Shown one piece after another: positions 47,365 through 58,174 of a stretch of 64,000 bases of DNA. A model generated the notes under the pieces. It searched no databases. It saw nothing but the letters and a program-made list of their open reading frames with translations, and was not told where the DNA came from. Position numbers and translations under genes: made by a program. Origin of the DNA: an uncultured delta proteobacterium (GTDB lineage: Bacteria > Desulfobacterota > Binatia > Binatales > Binataceae); the NCBI GenBank assembly GCA_963842085.1, contig CAWJET010000001.1, positions 2,432,001 to 2,496,000 on the forward strand, given 5' to 3'. How positions within the stretch are numbered: position 1 is the stretch's first letter; every line of letters begins with the position of its first letter.

Positions 47365-49092
47365 TCAGTCGGCCTTGAATTGAATCCACTCCGGCTTGTA
47401 CAGGCCCCACACTTTGGGCTGGTAATTTTCCAGCGAGTTTTTCCACGACGCGTAGCGCTGCGAGCGCACCGTCTCGAGTATCGGCAACTGGTCATGGAGA
47501 ATTTGCTGAATTTTCCAGTAGTACGGCGCGCGCTTGTTGGGATCCATCTCGGACGCGCCCTCGTCGAGCAGCGTGTCGATCTCCGCCTCCCACGGCGTGG
47601 CAGGTTTGGGTTGATCCGGATTCCAGAGATGAAGGTTGCCCGATGAGCGGTAGAAGTTCGCGCCATCGTTCGGCTCGATGCCGCCGGTGAATCCGATCAG
47701 CACGCAGTCCCAGTCGAAAGACGAATCGAGCTTGTCCACCAGCGTGGTGAACTCGAGCGGCCGATAGTTCACCTTGATGCCGAGGCTTTCGATATCCTGC
47801 TTGAAGATGGTGCACATCTCGTTGCGCTCGGGCGAGCCGGTGTTGGTGGTGAGATCGAATTCGAGGCGATTGCCTTTCGGATCGGTCCGCACGCCGGGTC
47901 GCACAAGGTGGTAGCCCGCCGCCTCGAGCATGCCGGCCGCCAGCTTCGGATCGTAATCGTAGTCCTTGAGATCCGGATTGTGGAAGATTTTATTCTCCGG
48001 CGAGATGTCCGCCACTGCCGGCACCGCGAGTTGGTGAAAGACCAGCTCGATCATCGATTTCTTGTCGATCATGTGCGCGATCGCCTGCAGGAACTTCAGG
48101 TCCGTGAACCACTCGAGCTTCGGATTGGTGACGCCGTTTTTGACGTAATGGCGCGGATTGCGGTTGAAGGTAAAAAACAGCGAGCCCGTGTCGCTCCCGA
48201 TTTGCTCAACCGCGATATCGAGTTGATGGTTCTTGACCTTCTCCTGTAACGGCGCAACCTCTTCCGTTCGCGGTCCGTAAACGTCGATTTGCCCCGACAG
48301 GTAGCGCAGGTAAGCGGCGTTCTGGTCCTGCACAATCGTCACCGTCTGCCCGTGCAGGCGCGGCAACTGACCGCCGTGCTCGTCCTTCATCCAAAAATCG
48401 TTGTTGTGCTCGTAGCGAACGAGCTGGCTCTGCGCGTAGCGCGTCATGCGATACGGGCCGTCGCCGACGAGCTTGTCCGGACTCGTGTCGATGCCCCAGG
48501 TGTGGTTGAAATTTCCCGCCTTCCACACCGGTTCGAGGATGTGCGCCGGAATCACCGGGATGCCGATCGAATAGAGCAGCGGTGCGAACGGTTTCGGAAT
48601 GTGCATGACAACGGTGTAGTCGTCGGGCGCCTCGGCGATGATGCGTTGGTGGTCGATGGTGATCGCGGGGCGGATGCTGTTGGGCACCTTGGGATCGTAG
48701 ATAACGTCGAGCGTGAACAGCACGTCGTGCGCGGTAACCGGCTGGCCGTCAAACCATTTCACGTCGTGGCGCAGATGAAACGTGATCGTCTTGCCGTCGG
48801 GCGCGATCTCCCATTTCTCAGCCAGCCCCGGCTCCGGCAGCGTCGTGACGGGGTTCAGCCGGATGAGGCTCTCGAACAGGTCACCGGTAAGCGCGCCCGA
48901 GGTCGCGTCGGTGATCAGAATCGGATTAAAGGTACGCGGATCGCTGGCCACGGCGGTGTAGAGGATTTGATTGATCGCGTGATCGTTCGCGGGCCGGTTC
49001 ACGCGGCATCCGGGGAAAAGCGCGAGCGCCGACAGGGCAATCGCGCAGGTAACAGCCGGCAAAATCCGGTTGCGCAAGTTTTCAGCTTTCAT
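47365..49092 (-). CDS. oppA: Peptide ABC substrate-binding lipoprotein (family 5)
   Basis: Lipobox FPGC; DP.TFNP, P.LAEKW, LR..VKW.DG.P.TA.DV, GPY. Confidence 0.92.
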   Translation of the reverse strand: MKAENLRNRILPAVTCAIALSALALFPGCRVNRPANDHAINQILYTAVASDPRTFNPILITDATSGALTGDLFESLIRLNPVTTLPEPGLAEKWEIAPDGKTITFHLRHDVKWFDGQPVTAHDVLFTLDVIYDPKVPNSIRPAITIDHQRIIAEAPDDYTVVMHIPKPFAPLLYSIGIPVIPAHILEPVWKAGNFNHTWGIDTSPDKLVGDGPYRMTRYAQSQLVRYEHNNDFWMKDEHGGQLPRLHGQTVTIVQDQNAAYLRYLSGQIDVYGPRTEEVAPLQEKVKNHQLDIAVEQIGSDTGSLFFTFNRNPRHYVKNGVTNPKLEWFTDLKFLQAIAHMIDKKSMIELVFHQLAVPAVADISPENKIFHNPDLKDYDYDPKLAAGMLEAAGYHLVRPGVRTDPKGNRLEFDLTTNTGSPERNEMCTIFKQDIESLGIKVNYRPLEFTTLVDKLDSSFDWDCVLIGFTGGIEPNDGANFYRSSGNLHLWNPDQPKPATPWEAEIDTLLDEGASEMDPNKRAPYYWKIQQILHDQLPILETVRSQRYASWKNSLENYQPKVWGLYKPEWIQFKAD

Positions 49093-49972
49093 TTGAAGGC
49101 GTGCGGCCTGCGTCCAGACTAAGATTCATCATGGTGGCTCCTGGAGCCGGTGTTAGCACGAACGTCGAATCAGGGATGGCGCCATTGACGATCGGCCGCA
49201 GATAACGGAACGTCACCCGGCTGCCGGACGCCGGAAAAGCCGCGTCGACGACGTACGGAAACATCACTCCGCCGATATCATGATAGTCGCTGTAACGCAC
49301 CTCGTAATTGACACGGCCGTCGGCCGCCGTTTCCCGCACCATCGCGAGATTGCCGCCCGAGAATCCAAGCTCGCGAGTCCCCGACGCGCTGTTGCCGTAC
49401 GTCGCGACCATCATCGCGCCGTCGTTCGTCACCAGGTCCGGGTTGCTATTGAGCGCGAAATCGGGCGGCGCCAGTCCCATCAGCAGACCCACGGCGTCCG
49501 TGGGCGCCATCGGGATTCGCACGTATCGGTAAAGCGTGTCGGCGGTCGCCTGTCCGCGCATGAAGCGATTCTGTCCCGGCTCGAAGATCGAAAGCTCCGA
49601 GCCCTGTGCCGCCAGCAGCAGCGCCACCCCGAACGGTGCCATCGCCTCGACCCGCAGGCTGTCCGGCTGCCGGACGACGATATCTTCCTTCGCCTTCACG
49701 TGCTGAGCGCCGGCAGTGTATTCCATGACCGCCGGGGTCTGCATCGAGGCGAGCCGTTGGTCACGCTCGGCCAGCGCCGCGATCAACCTCTGGGCTTGAT
49801 AATTGTTCTCGCTCCAGCCCGGGATTGGCGTCTCGGGCTCTGGAACTGGCGGAGTGTGTATGATGAGGCAGGCGGAAGTTTCGAGCGTCGCCAGCAGGAG
49901 CATCGATACGACCGCCGCGAGTGAGGCTATTTTTCGGCGCCGAGCGCGTTCAGTGGCCCGCGCTGGCGGCAT
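49082..49972 (-). CDS. LolA/LolB-like (DUF4292-type) lipoprotein
   Basis: Lipobox TSAC; P..LRVE...PFG; F....P.G tail; follows the TPR gene. Confidence 0.65.
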   Translation of the reverse strand: MPPARATERARRRKIASLAAVVSMLLLATLETSACLIIHTPPVPEPETPIPGWSENNYQAQRLIAALAERDQRLASMQTPAVMEYTAGAQHVKAKEDIVVRQPDSLRVEAMAPFGVALLLAAQGSELSIFEPGQNRFMRGQATADTLYRYVRIPMAPTDAVGLLMGLAPPDFALNSNPDLVTNDGAMMVATYGNSASGTRELGFSGGNLAMVRETAADGRVNYEVRYSDYHDIGGVMFPYVVDAAFPASGSRVTFRYLRPIVNGAIPDSTFVLTPAPGATMMNLSLDAGRTPSNES

Positions 49973-51719
49973 TCTGCAGGACCTGGATTTTATCCTTGAG
50001 GCGTGCGACCTGGTCGGTTTCCTGCGCTTTCTTCAGCGCGTCCGAGTATTCGTGGCCGGCTTCCTTGACCTTGCCCAGCTTGCGATACGCGTCGCCCAGA
50101 TGCTCGGTGATCGTGGGGTCGCTGCCGGTCAGGTTGACCGCCCGCTCCAGCTCCTCGACGGCTTTCTGGTAGTCGCCTTTCTGATAGTAAACCCATCCCA
50201 GGCTGTCGACATAAAATCCGTCTTCGGGCTCGATGTCGAGCGCGCGCTTGATTAGCTTTTCGGCCTCGCCGAGGTTGGTGCCCTGTTCGGCGTAACTGTA
50301 GCCGAGGTAGTTCAGCGCCTGTGCATTGGAGGGATTCAGCTCGATCGCTTTCTTCATCTCGGCCATGCCCTCGGCGCGCTGTTTGTTCTGATCGAGCGCG
50401 GCGCCGAGCGTGAAGTGGAACTTGTCGTTCTTGGGATCGGCCGCGACCATTTTGCGCGCCAGCGCGATTGCCGCCGGGTAATCCTTCTTTTCCTGGTAGA
50501 CCCCGACCATGAAGCCCATGATTTCGGCGTCGTTGGGCTTCTTGGCCAGCGCGTCTTTCAGCGCGTCCAGGGCCTCGTCGTATTTGTTCTGCTTATCGTA
50601 CAGGTAGGCGAGCTGCAGGCGCGACTCGACGTAATGCTCGTTGTCGGCGGGAATCTTGTCGAACTCGCTGATCGCCTTGTCGCTTTCTGAAAGCTCCGTG
50701 TACACCGTGCCGAGATAGTAGTGGACGCGGTAGTTGTTCGGCTCGGAGCCGAGCACGAGGTTGAACTCGGTCGCGGCGTCGTCAAAATTACCCTGCTCGA
50801 CGTACAGCAGGCCGATCTTCGTGCGTGTGTCCGCGGGATTGGTCTCGATCTGTTCGGCGCGTTTGAGCTCATCCAATGCCTGGTCGTATTTTTTCTGACC
50901 GACCAGTATTTCGGCCTTGCGCTTGCGGACCAGCTCGTTGTTCGGGTTGATTTGCGTGATCTTGTTGTAGTAGACCAGCGCGTCCTGCGGGCGGTCCTGC
51001 CGCTCGCGCAACAACGCAAAATCAAGCAGCACCAGCTCCGATTGCGGATTGAGGTCGAGCGCCTTCTGATAATATTTTTCGGCGGCCGCGTAGTTCTTCG
51101 AGGCCACCATCACTTTGCCGGCGTAGTAGTAACCGAGAAACGAATTGGGATCGAGCGTGATTAGCTGCTGAAACGTCTTCTCGGCTTCGCCGTAATCGCC
51201 GCGCTTCGCATAGAGAGTGCCGAGATAGAGATAGGCTTCCTGGTTCTTGGGATTGAGGCGCAGGACCTCCTGGTAGTCCTTCTCCGCCGTTGTGTCGTCG
51301 CCGAGCGCCGAGCTGATGCCCGCGCCGAGCAGACGGGCGTCGGCGGAATTCGGATTGATCGCCAGCGCCTGGTTAACCTGGTCGAGCGCCTCTTTCAGCC
51401 GCCCGTCGCGGACGTAGAGCGTGGCCAGCCGAACCTTCAGCGCGGCGTTGGTGGGATCGTACTGGACCGCCTCGGCGTAATCCTTGAGCGCCTCTTCGCG
51501 ATCGCCTTCATTCATCGCGAACTCGGCCTTCAGGAACGCGCTCATCGCCCGTGCGTCCGAGGGCACCTCCACCGCCGGCACGCCGCCGAAGGGATTATCC
51601 CCGCCTACGCTGGCGCTGCGGACGAGTTCAGGTTTCGCATTCGTAATTTGTGAGCAGCCGAGAAACGCGATCGACGCGGCGCCGAGCGCAATTATCGCGC
51701 GTGTGCTGAAACCTATCAT
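49950..51719 (-). CDS. TPR-repeat lipoprotein
   Basis: Lipobox FLGC; many TPRs; ALNYLGYS...DSLGWVYY...I.EHLGD. Confidence 0.92.
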   Translation of the reverse strand: MIGFSTRAIIALGAASIAFLGCSQITNAKPELVRSASVGGDNPFGGVPAVEVPSDARAMSAFLKAEFAMNEGDREEALKDYAEAVQYDPTNAALKVRLATLYVRDGRLKEALDQVNQALAINPNSADARLLGAGISSALGDDTTAEKDYQEVLRLNPKNQEAYLYLGTLYAKRGDYGEAEKTFQQLITLDPNSFLGYYYAGKVMVASKNYAAAEKYYQKALDLNPQSELVLLDFALLRERQDRPQDALVYYNKITQINPNNELVRKRKAEILVGQKKYDQALDELKRAEQIETNPADTRTKIGLLYVEQGNFDDAATEFNLVLGSEPNNYRVHYYLGTVYTELSESDKAISEFDKIPADNEHYVESRLQLAYLYDKQNKYDEALDALKDALAKKPNDAEIMGFMVGVYQEKKDYPAAIALARKMVAADPKNDKFHFTLGAALDQNKQRAEGMAEMKKAIELNPSNAQALNYLGYSYAEQGTNLGEAEKLIKRALDIEPEDGFYVDSLGWVYYQKGDYQKAVEELERAVNLTGSDPTITEHLGDAYRKLGKVKEAGHEYSDALKKAQETDQVARLKDKIQVLQNAASAGH

Positions 51720-51950
51720 CGCTAAAACAGATTCCTGGGAGAAATTCTCAATTGCGGCTAACACCACGCCATTTCGATCATCAACGCGAGGTGTCCCGCG
51801 GCTTCACCACCGTCCGCGGACCTTTGCGCATCTATTACATTACAAGATCTCCGCCATTGGATGCGACCGTGCAACCCTCATTTGATTTGAGCCCATGCTT
51901 GCCACCACGCATCGCCTCGGCTAGGGAGGGGAGCCGGAGCCGCCCCGCAA

Positions 51951-53354
51951 TTGCCGCACCGCCCCACCGATAGCCCGCCTCACCGGGAGCCCTCGAGCGC
52001 CACGTCACTCACGCTGCGCTCGCCGCGCAAGCTCGGCCTCATCCCGCTGGTATGCGTGATGTACCTGGTCGTGAGCGGTGGCGCGTACGGCCTCGAGGAC
52101 GCCGTCCGGATGGCGGGGCCGCGCCTGACGCTCCTGCTATGCCTCGTCGTACCACTCACGCTCAGCCTGCCGACGGCCCTGATGGCGGCCGAGTTGACGG
52201 CGCTGATGCCGGTGGAAGGCGGCTTCTACTTCTGGGTCAAGGAAGCGCTCGGACCGTTCGCCGGTTTCGCCGAGGCTTACCTGACAATTCTTTACACCGC
52301 CGTCGACATGGCAATTTATCCGGTACTTTTCGCCGTCTATCTTTCGTTCATCCTGCCGCTTGGCCCGGCCGCCCAAATCGCGATCGGTATCGCGCTGGTA
52401 TGGCTGGCGGGTGGCCTCAACTTTCTCGGCGTCAGGCCGGTCGGGATGGCGTCGATCGTGCTCGCCGCGATCCTCGTCTCGCCGTTCGCGGCCCTGGTGC
52501 TCGTCGGCCTCCCGCGCCTGGTCCACTTCACGATGCCGACGCCGCCGCTGTTCGGCGCAGATCCGTGGGGCGCGATTGGGGCCGGACTGACCGTGGTCAT
52601 CTGGAACTTCAGCGGATGGGAAAACCTGAGCGTCGTGTCCGCGGAAATCGAAAATCCACGCCGCAACTATCTGCGCGCCATCCTGATCGCGCTGCCGGTA
52701 ATCGTTGCCGGCTACGTGCTTCCGCTGGCCGTTTCCGTCTCCGGCGCCACCACCGCCGCCGGCTGGGGCACCGGCTCGTTCTCGCACGTCGGCTATGCGA
52801 TCGGCGGGCGCGCGCTCGGCGGCGCGCTGGCGCTCGGCGGCGCCGTGATGTCGTTCGCGGTGTTCGAAGCCGCGATGCTGTGGGTGTCGCGGATGCCCTT
52901 CGTGCTCGCGCGCGAGCGCTACCTGTCGCCGCCGCTCGCCGAGCTCTGGTCGACGACCGCGACGCCCGGCAAATCGATCCTGCTCTGCTGCATCGTCTTC
53001 ACGATTCTGGTGCCAATCGGATTCGTCGCGTTGGTCGTGCTCGACGTTTTTTTCTACATGGCGGCGCTCGCGCTGGAGCTGTTCGCATTGTTGCGGCTGC
53101 GCAAGCTGATGCCGGATCGCAGCGGGAAATTCACGATTGGCGGCGGCCGCGCCGGCCTGGCACTCATCGTAGCGCTTCCCATTCTAACGTGGGCCGCGAC
53201 TTTCGGTCTGGCAATCTCAGCCGGCGTCGCCAAGGCGGATTTCATCCTCGCGATCGCGCTAGGCATATGCGTCTGGCCCGCCTACGCGATCAGCCGCCGC
53301 CACTACGGCGGCCCGCCCGCGATCGATCCCCCGCCAACAACCATCACCGCATAA
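51951..53354 (+). CDS. APC family permease (polyamine/amino-acid type)
   Basis: VSGG.YG.E, AEL....P.EGG...WV..A.G, WN.SGWE...EI.NP.R.Y; start uncertain. Confidence 0.85.
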   Translation: MPHRPTDSPPHREPSSATSLTLRSPRKLGLIPLVCVMYLVVSGGAYGLEDAVRMAGPRLTLLLCLVVPLTLSLPTALMAAELTALMPVEGGFYFWVKEALGPFAGFAEAYLTILYTAVDMAIYPVLFAVYLSFILPLGPAAQIAIGIALVWLAGGLNFLGVRPVGMASIVLAAILVSPFAALVLVGLPRLVHFTMPTPPLFGADPWGAIGAGLTVVIWNFSGWENLSVVSAEIENPRRNYLRAILIALPVIVAGYVLPLAVSVSGATTAAGWGTGSFSHVGYAIGGRALGGALALGGAVMSFAVFEAAMLWVSRMPFVLARERYLSPPLAELWSTTATPGKSILLCCIVFTILVPIGFVALVVLDVFFYMAALALELFALLRLRKLMPDRSGKFTIGGGRAGLALIVALPILTWAATFGLAISAGVAKADFILAIALGICVWPAYAISRRHYGGPPAIDPPPTTITA

Positions 53355-53430
53355 CAACTTCAGCGCCGAAGCCCACCGCGCTATCAGGAACGAAGTTCGG
53401 ACGGCGTGTTTCCTCGCACCGCTTTTTTTG

Positions 53431-53474
53431 TGTCATCCTGACGAAGCGAGCAACGCGAGCGGCAGGAAGGATCT
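53431..53474 (+). repeat. REP-like element family C (GTCATCCTG...GAAGGATCT)
   Basis: TGTCATCCTGACGAAG...GGAAGGATCT between convergent genes; ATCCT/AGGAT arms; single copy here. Confidence 0.5.
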
Positions 53475-53754
53475 CGGACAGCTTCGCGTCAGCGAAGCCG
53501 GTACCGGCTTTGAAAATCGCGAAGCGGTCTTCTTCCCAATTCAGCGATGAACTTTTCAGGCTGATCAAACAGGCCCAAGCCTGCTACTACTCATCTAATG
53601 GACAACACACCGGATACTCGTCTTGAAGGCCGTCGCCACGATTCAACGTCCAGCATCGTCCGAGTTCGAAAAAACACAAAATTTGACGGAACGAAGCCAC
53701 CGATGGTAGTGCGATCGTCACTAGACCACAACAGGTGGTGTAGATCGCTCCTTT

Positions 53755-55533
53755 CTACTTGCGCGCAGTCAGCCGATATAGCGCGACCGCCTCGTTCTGC
53801 GAGACCGGCTCAACTGCGAATTTCCCCTGCAACTGATCGAGTTCGCCCTTCAACGCATCGGCATAATCCTGCGACTCAGGTGCGGCGAGCATCAGAAACA
53901 CCGGCGTCTTCGCGTCAATCGCCGATGCGAGCGAATCCGCCTCCGCCGGCGACATCTGCGCGCCGTCGAACACGACCGCCGGCACCGGGCCGTTCCATCC
54001 CGCCGCGCGTTTTACGTATAGGCGATGCAGATGGTAGTCGGTGAATCTCTCGCCCGGGTCGAGCGAGTTGAGTCCGACGAATCGGCGCTGTTCTCCCAAA
54101 TACAAATCGAGAAACTGCAGCGAGATGTTGCTGACTATGGTCGCATCGCGCGGCAGCGTGGAATCCAAAGACTCCAGCGATTCAACCATCGCGGAATCCG
54201 TGGGCCGCGCGTTCAAGCGCACAGCCGTTTCTGTAGCCAACGATACGATCAGCATCAGGTCGAGCGCGATCACTCCCGCCGCCGCCCCGAGCTGACCGGC
54301 ACTTCGATCGTGGTTGCGCAGTACCTCGCGCATCCACCGATTCGCCAGCGCCGCTCCCGCGCCCGCTGCGATAAACAGCACGAACGCCGCCGGCAGGATG
54401 AACGCCACATCGGTGAACAGGTAGAAACAGTAGAGCGCGGTCAGAGCGGCGAGGTAGCCGAGCCCGAACCACATCAGGCGGCGCGCCGCGGCTTTTTCGG
54501 GCGCGCGAAGGATCGCGATGAACCCGACAATCGCGAACGCCGCCGCCGCGAACGGGTAGAGGAAGTAGCGCGCGTCGCCGCGATCGCCAAGCATCCCGTC
54601 GAGTCCGAGTAGCGTCGTGGCGTACACGAGCACGTTGCCGTGCGGATTTCGCGGCATCGTAGGACCGAACAGATACGCGGCGCTGAAGGGCCGGCCCATC
54701 GCGCCGTAGACCTCCGGCACCCACCACGAGTATCCGCTGGCGAACGCGCTGCCGAGATTAATCGCGTTCTGATGCAACTGCCACGCGACCGGAACCGCGA
54801 AACCGACTGCGACTGCTATCGCGGCCTTGAGCAGACTCGCCGGATCTCGATTCTCCAGTGGCACCATCACGATGCAAACCGCGAGGCCCGCAAGGATGGT
54901 TGCGTTGGTCGGACGGATGATCGTCGAGAAGCCGGCGAACAGACCGAACATCGCCCAGACCGGGATTCGCTTCCATTGAATCGATTCGCCCGTATTGTGC
55001 GACCCGACCGAGAACAAAATCACGGCGGCGCAGAGCGTGACGAATAACGTCGGCACATCGCTCATCACCAGCGACGAGTACGTGATGAAGACGGGCGAGA
55101 GCGCGAGCGTCAGCGCCGCAATGGTTCCGGCCGCGCGTCCGAACAGTGCACGTGCAAGAATGAAGAGGATGCCGACCGAGAGCATCCCAAGGATCCCCGA
55201 CGTAACTGCCAGGAATGGGATTGGGATATGTCGGCCAAATAGGCGGTAGAAGAATTCCAGGATCAGCGGGTAGCCGCCGGTATAGCGCGACGGGTAAGTA
55301 TATCCACCGAAATGCAGCACTGCTCCGTGCCCATTTACAAGGTTAACCGCCGCCGCCGCGTATTCGAGTCCGTCCGGCCACGGCATCAGTTCGAGTCCTC
55401 GTCGCAAGCCGGCAGATCTGCTCGTCAAATTCGTCAGCAACAGGATCGCTGCGAGGATTATCCAGTCCGGAAGGCTAAGAGATATGCGAAGATCGGACGC
55501 CGCGGGCGCCTTCGATGACTTCACCCGGCTCAT
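53755..55533 (-). CDS. GT-C fold (ArnT/PMT-like) membrane glycosyltransferase
   Basis: PDG.EY...A.NL, Y..GYP, A..LA.SP, MSD, IRP; many TM helices. Confidence 0.75.
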   Translation of the reverse strand: MSRVKSSKAPAASDLRISLSLPDWIILAAILLLTNLTSRSAGLRRGLELMPWPDGLEYAAAAVNLVNGHGAVLHFGGYTYPSRYTGGYPLILEFFYRLFGRHIPIPFLAVTSGILGMLSVGILFILARALFGRAAGTIAALTLALSPVFITYSSLVMSDVPTLFVTLCAAVILFSVGSHNTGESIQWKRIPVWAMFGLFAGFSTIIRPTNATILAGLAVCIVMVPLENRDPASLLKAAIAVAVGFAVPVAWQLHQNAINLGSAFASGYSWWVPEVYGAMGRPFSAAYLFGPTMPRNPHGNVLVYATTLLGLDGMLGDRGDARYFLYPFAAAAFAIVGFIAILRAPEKAAARRLMWFGLGYLAALTALYCFYLFTDVAFILPAAFVLFIAAGAGAALANRWMREVLRNHDRSAGQLGAAAGVIALDLMLIVSLATETAVRLNARPTDSAMVESLESLDSTLPRDATIVSNISLQFLDLYLGEQRRFVGLNSLDPGERFTDYHLHRLYVKRAAGWNGPVPAVVFDGAQMSPAEADSLASAIDAKTPVFLMLAAPESQDYADALKGELDQLQGKFAVEPVSQNEAVALYRLTARK

Positions 55534-57077
55534 CGCGGCGCGTCTCCGCGAGCGCTGACAACGCCTACGCTGCGCGCATCGGCGCATGGCTCGTCGTAGT
55601 GCTGCTCATCCCGCGCGTCGTGCGCATGCTCTATCCTGAAATATGGGTCGAGGACGATTTCTACCTCGAGAGCGCGTGGCTGGTGAGCGTCGGGATGCGC
55701 CCGTACCTGGATTTCGTTCAACCGCATATGCCGCTGCTCGAATGGATTGCGGGATGCTATCTCAAGTTGTTCGGCGCAAGCTATCTGTCGATCGAATTCC
55801 TGAACGAGGCCGCGATTTTCACGGCGAGCATCCTGACTTACGCGCTCGCCCGCCGTGTCGCCGGCCGTCCCGCCGCCATCGCCGCGTCGATTTTGTACGC
55901 ATACAGCTCACTCGTCTTTCGCTACCACGCCTACGAGCGCGAGAGCTTCGTCGCACCGCTGCTTCTGCTAGCGGCGATCGTCGCGCTCGACGACACGATG
56001 CCGGCGCTTCGCCAGGCCGTTTTCGTTGCGCTCATTTTCTTCGTCGCCTGCGCGATCAAGCTGACCGCCGTGATTCCGTTTGCCGTGACGCTGATGTTCA
56101 TCGCCGTCGCTTACCGCCGAATCGCTGGCGCGTTCGTCTCTGGTGTCATCTGCACGCTCGCGCTCGCCGCGTTCAGCGCGCTCCTGTATCGACTCTACGG
56201 CAACGAGTTCATCCTGCAGACGTTCGTGTTTCATTTCATGAAAGGCCGCGACACGCTCCTCAGCACCGCGTTGTTTCCGCGGATGGTCCTGGACGTGCTG
56301 GTGCCGCTCTTCATCCTCGGATGCATCCGGCTGATCGCGGAGCGGATGTTCGGCCGCGGCGTGATTCTGGTGCTGGCGATCGTCGCCGCCGAGTACGCCT
56401 TTTACGGCGTACTGAGTCCGACCGCGTGGGCGCACAACTATCTCGAGGCGCTACCGTTCATCGCGATCGTCGCGGCGATCGGCGCGATGACGCTGGTCGT
56501 GCCCATTCGGGATCTGATCGCCGGGGAGGCGGCGCCGCATCAATGGCAGCTCCTTGCCGGCCGCGCCGTGCTGATCGCGATTTTTCTGATCTGGATCACG
56601 CCGATCGTGAACGATAGCTGGCTGCATGGCTCCGTCTACGGATTCGGCTTCGTGCCGCGCGCGGAAATCTCGCAGCTCGCCGACGCCTTGCGCGCAGCCA
56701 GCAAACCGGACGACGAGGTGATCGCGCCATCGTTCATCTGCTTCGAGGCCAACCGGCGCGAATTGATCCGCTATCCCGAAACCTACGGCGTGTATCGCGA
56801 AGCGAAGGCCGAGTACGAGCGCGATGGCTTCTTTGCCGCACACCGCCGCCTCGGTGCGGCCGATTTTTTCGAGCTTATCTCGGATACGCGACATTACTGG
56901 ACCGAACAGATGCGCGACGCGATCGTCAGCGGAAAAGTCTCGGCCGTCATCAGCGACTCGCCGATTCAACTGGTGCCGCTAGTGCTGGTTCCCGAAGACT
57001 TCCTGTTGAGCAACGGCTTTCGCCCGGTCCTGACGACCGATCATTTCAGGCTCTGGGCGCGAACGCCCGCGCCGTGA
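55515..57077 (+). CDS. GT-C fold (ArnT/PMT-like) membrane glycosyltransferase
   Basis: EDD.Y...A....G..PY.DF..PH.PL, E.F, IK; many TM helices; start uncertain. Confidence 0.75.
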   Translation: MTSPGSSRRVSASADNAYAARIGAWLVVVLLIPRVVRMLYPEIWVEDDFYLESAWLVSVGMRPYLDFVQPHMPLLEWIAGCYLKLFGASYLSIEFLNEAAIFTASILTYALARRVAGRPAAIAASILYAYSSLVFRYHAYERESFVAPLLLLAAIVALDDTMPALRQAVFVALIFFVACAIKLTAVIPFAVTLMFIAVAYRRIAGAFVSGVICTLALAAFSALLYRLYGNEFILQTFVFHFMKGRDTLLSTALFPRMVLDVLVPLFILGCIRLIAERMFGRGVILVLAIVAAEYAFYGVLSPTAWAHNYLEALPFIAIVAAIGAMTLVVPIRDLIAGEAAPHQWQLLAGRAVLIAIFLIWITPIVNDSWLHGSVYGFGFVPRAEISQLADALRAASKPDDEVIAPSFICFEANRRELIRYPETYGVYREAKAEYERDGFFAAHRRLGAADFFELISDTRHYWTEQMRDAIVSGKVSAVISDSPIQLVPLVLVPEDFLLSNGFRPVLTTDHFRLWARTPAP

Positions 57078-57096
57078 GGCTGGAATCAGACGGGGG

Positions 57097-58174
57097 CTAC
57101 TGCTGATGCCAGCTTGCGCCGCCATCGGAGGTGACGAAACTTTTGCCGGTGGCCGCCGTGATGGTTGCGTTGTTGGCGCTGCTGGAGGACACCGCCACAA
57201 AATTTTCCGTGGTCGGAGCGGCCACGGGCGTCCAATGCTCGCCGTCCGTGGTGCGGATGACCGTTCCATTGTTCCCGACCACCCAGCACACGCTCGAAGA
57301 CGGCGCCGCACCCGCAACCAGGTCAGCGCTGACGCCGCTACGCTGTACATGCGTCCCGCCACGCGCGTCGAGTCGCCGGATCATTCCGTTCTTGCCCACG
57401 ATCCACGTGACCGATCGATCGGATGGCGAGACCGTGGCTAGCACTCCTGCCTCTACGTTGTATCCAGCACTCGAGCTCAGCGCGTTGCCTGTAACTGTCG
57501 CGCCGTATGAACCTTGCCCGCGACTGTTTGCAGTGGCGCCGCCCTGCGCGATCATCGCCCTCGCGCCGGGCGCCTCCGCGGGTTTTGCCATTCGATGGAG
57601 AAGGGTGCCGCTCATCGCCGCCGCACGAGGCACCGCTTCCGCCTTCGGTTCATTCATCGCGAGTTCATTCGATGCAGACCCGGCAACCCGCGGAGACGGC
57701 GCAGCCAGTTCAGCGGCCGGCACCGCGGCTGGCGCAGCGGGAGCAACTGCCGGCGCCGGCGCAGCGAGGTCCACGGCGGGAGCCTCATGCTTCGCCATCG
57801 CGACGACTTGGCCGCTCGGCGACTCCTCGTTTGCGGGACGCCCGCATCGCAATGAAGACGACGACGGCCGCGACTGCCGCGAGCGCGGGAACCGCGACCC
57901 GCCATCTTCGATACCACGGGACTTCAGATGCCGCGTTCGCGCCGCGCGCGCTCTCGTCAGCGCGAGCGATATCCGCCAGCAACACCTGGCATCGCATGCA
58001 ATCGGCAAAGTGCGCTTCAAGACGCTCGCGCTCCGCCGCCGACAACGACCTGTCACTGTACGCGGCGAGCGACTCTGCGTTCGCGCAGTCGGGCGTCGCC
58101 GCGTCCGGCTGCTCACGCATCGCACGGCGCAGGATCGCGTCGAGCGGCTCGTTATTTCGGTCAGCATTTTTCAC
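57097..58174 (-). pseudogene. zf-HC2 anti-sigma factor with YCF48/BNR-like C-terminus, frameshifted near 57842
   Basis: H..DC.RC plus TM in ORF 57785-58174; removing one G from ATGCGGGCG joins it to the frame with W.VG..G.., RTTDG..W, TSDGG.SW. Confidence 0.8.

Noticed and set aside
53705-53727. GGTAGTG as a third IS1-like end
   Set aside because: Similarity stops after 7 nt and no partner IR or TSD was found.
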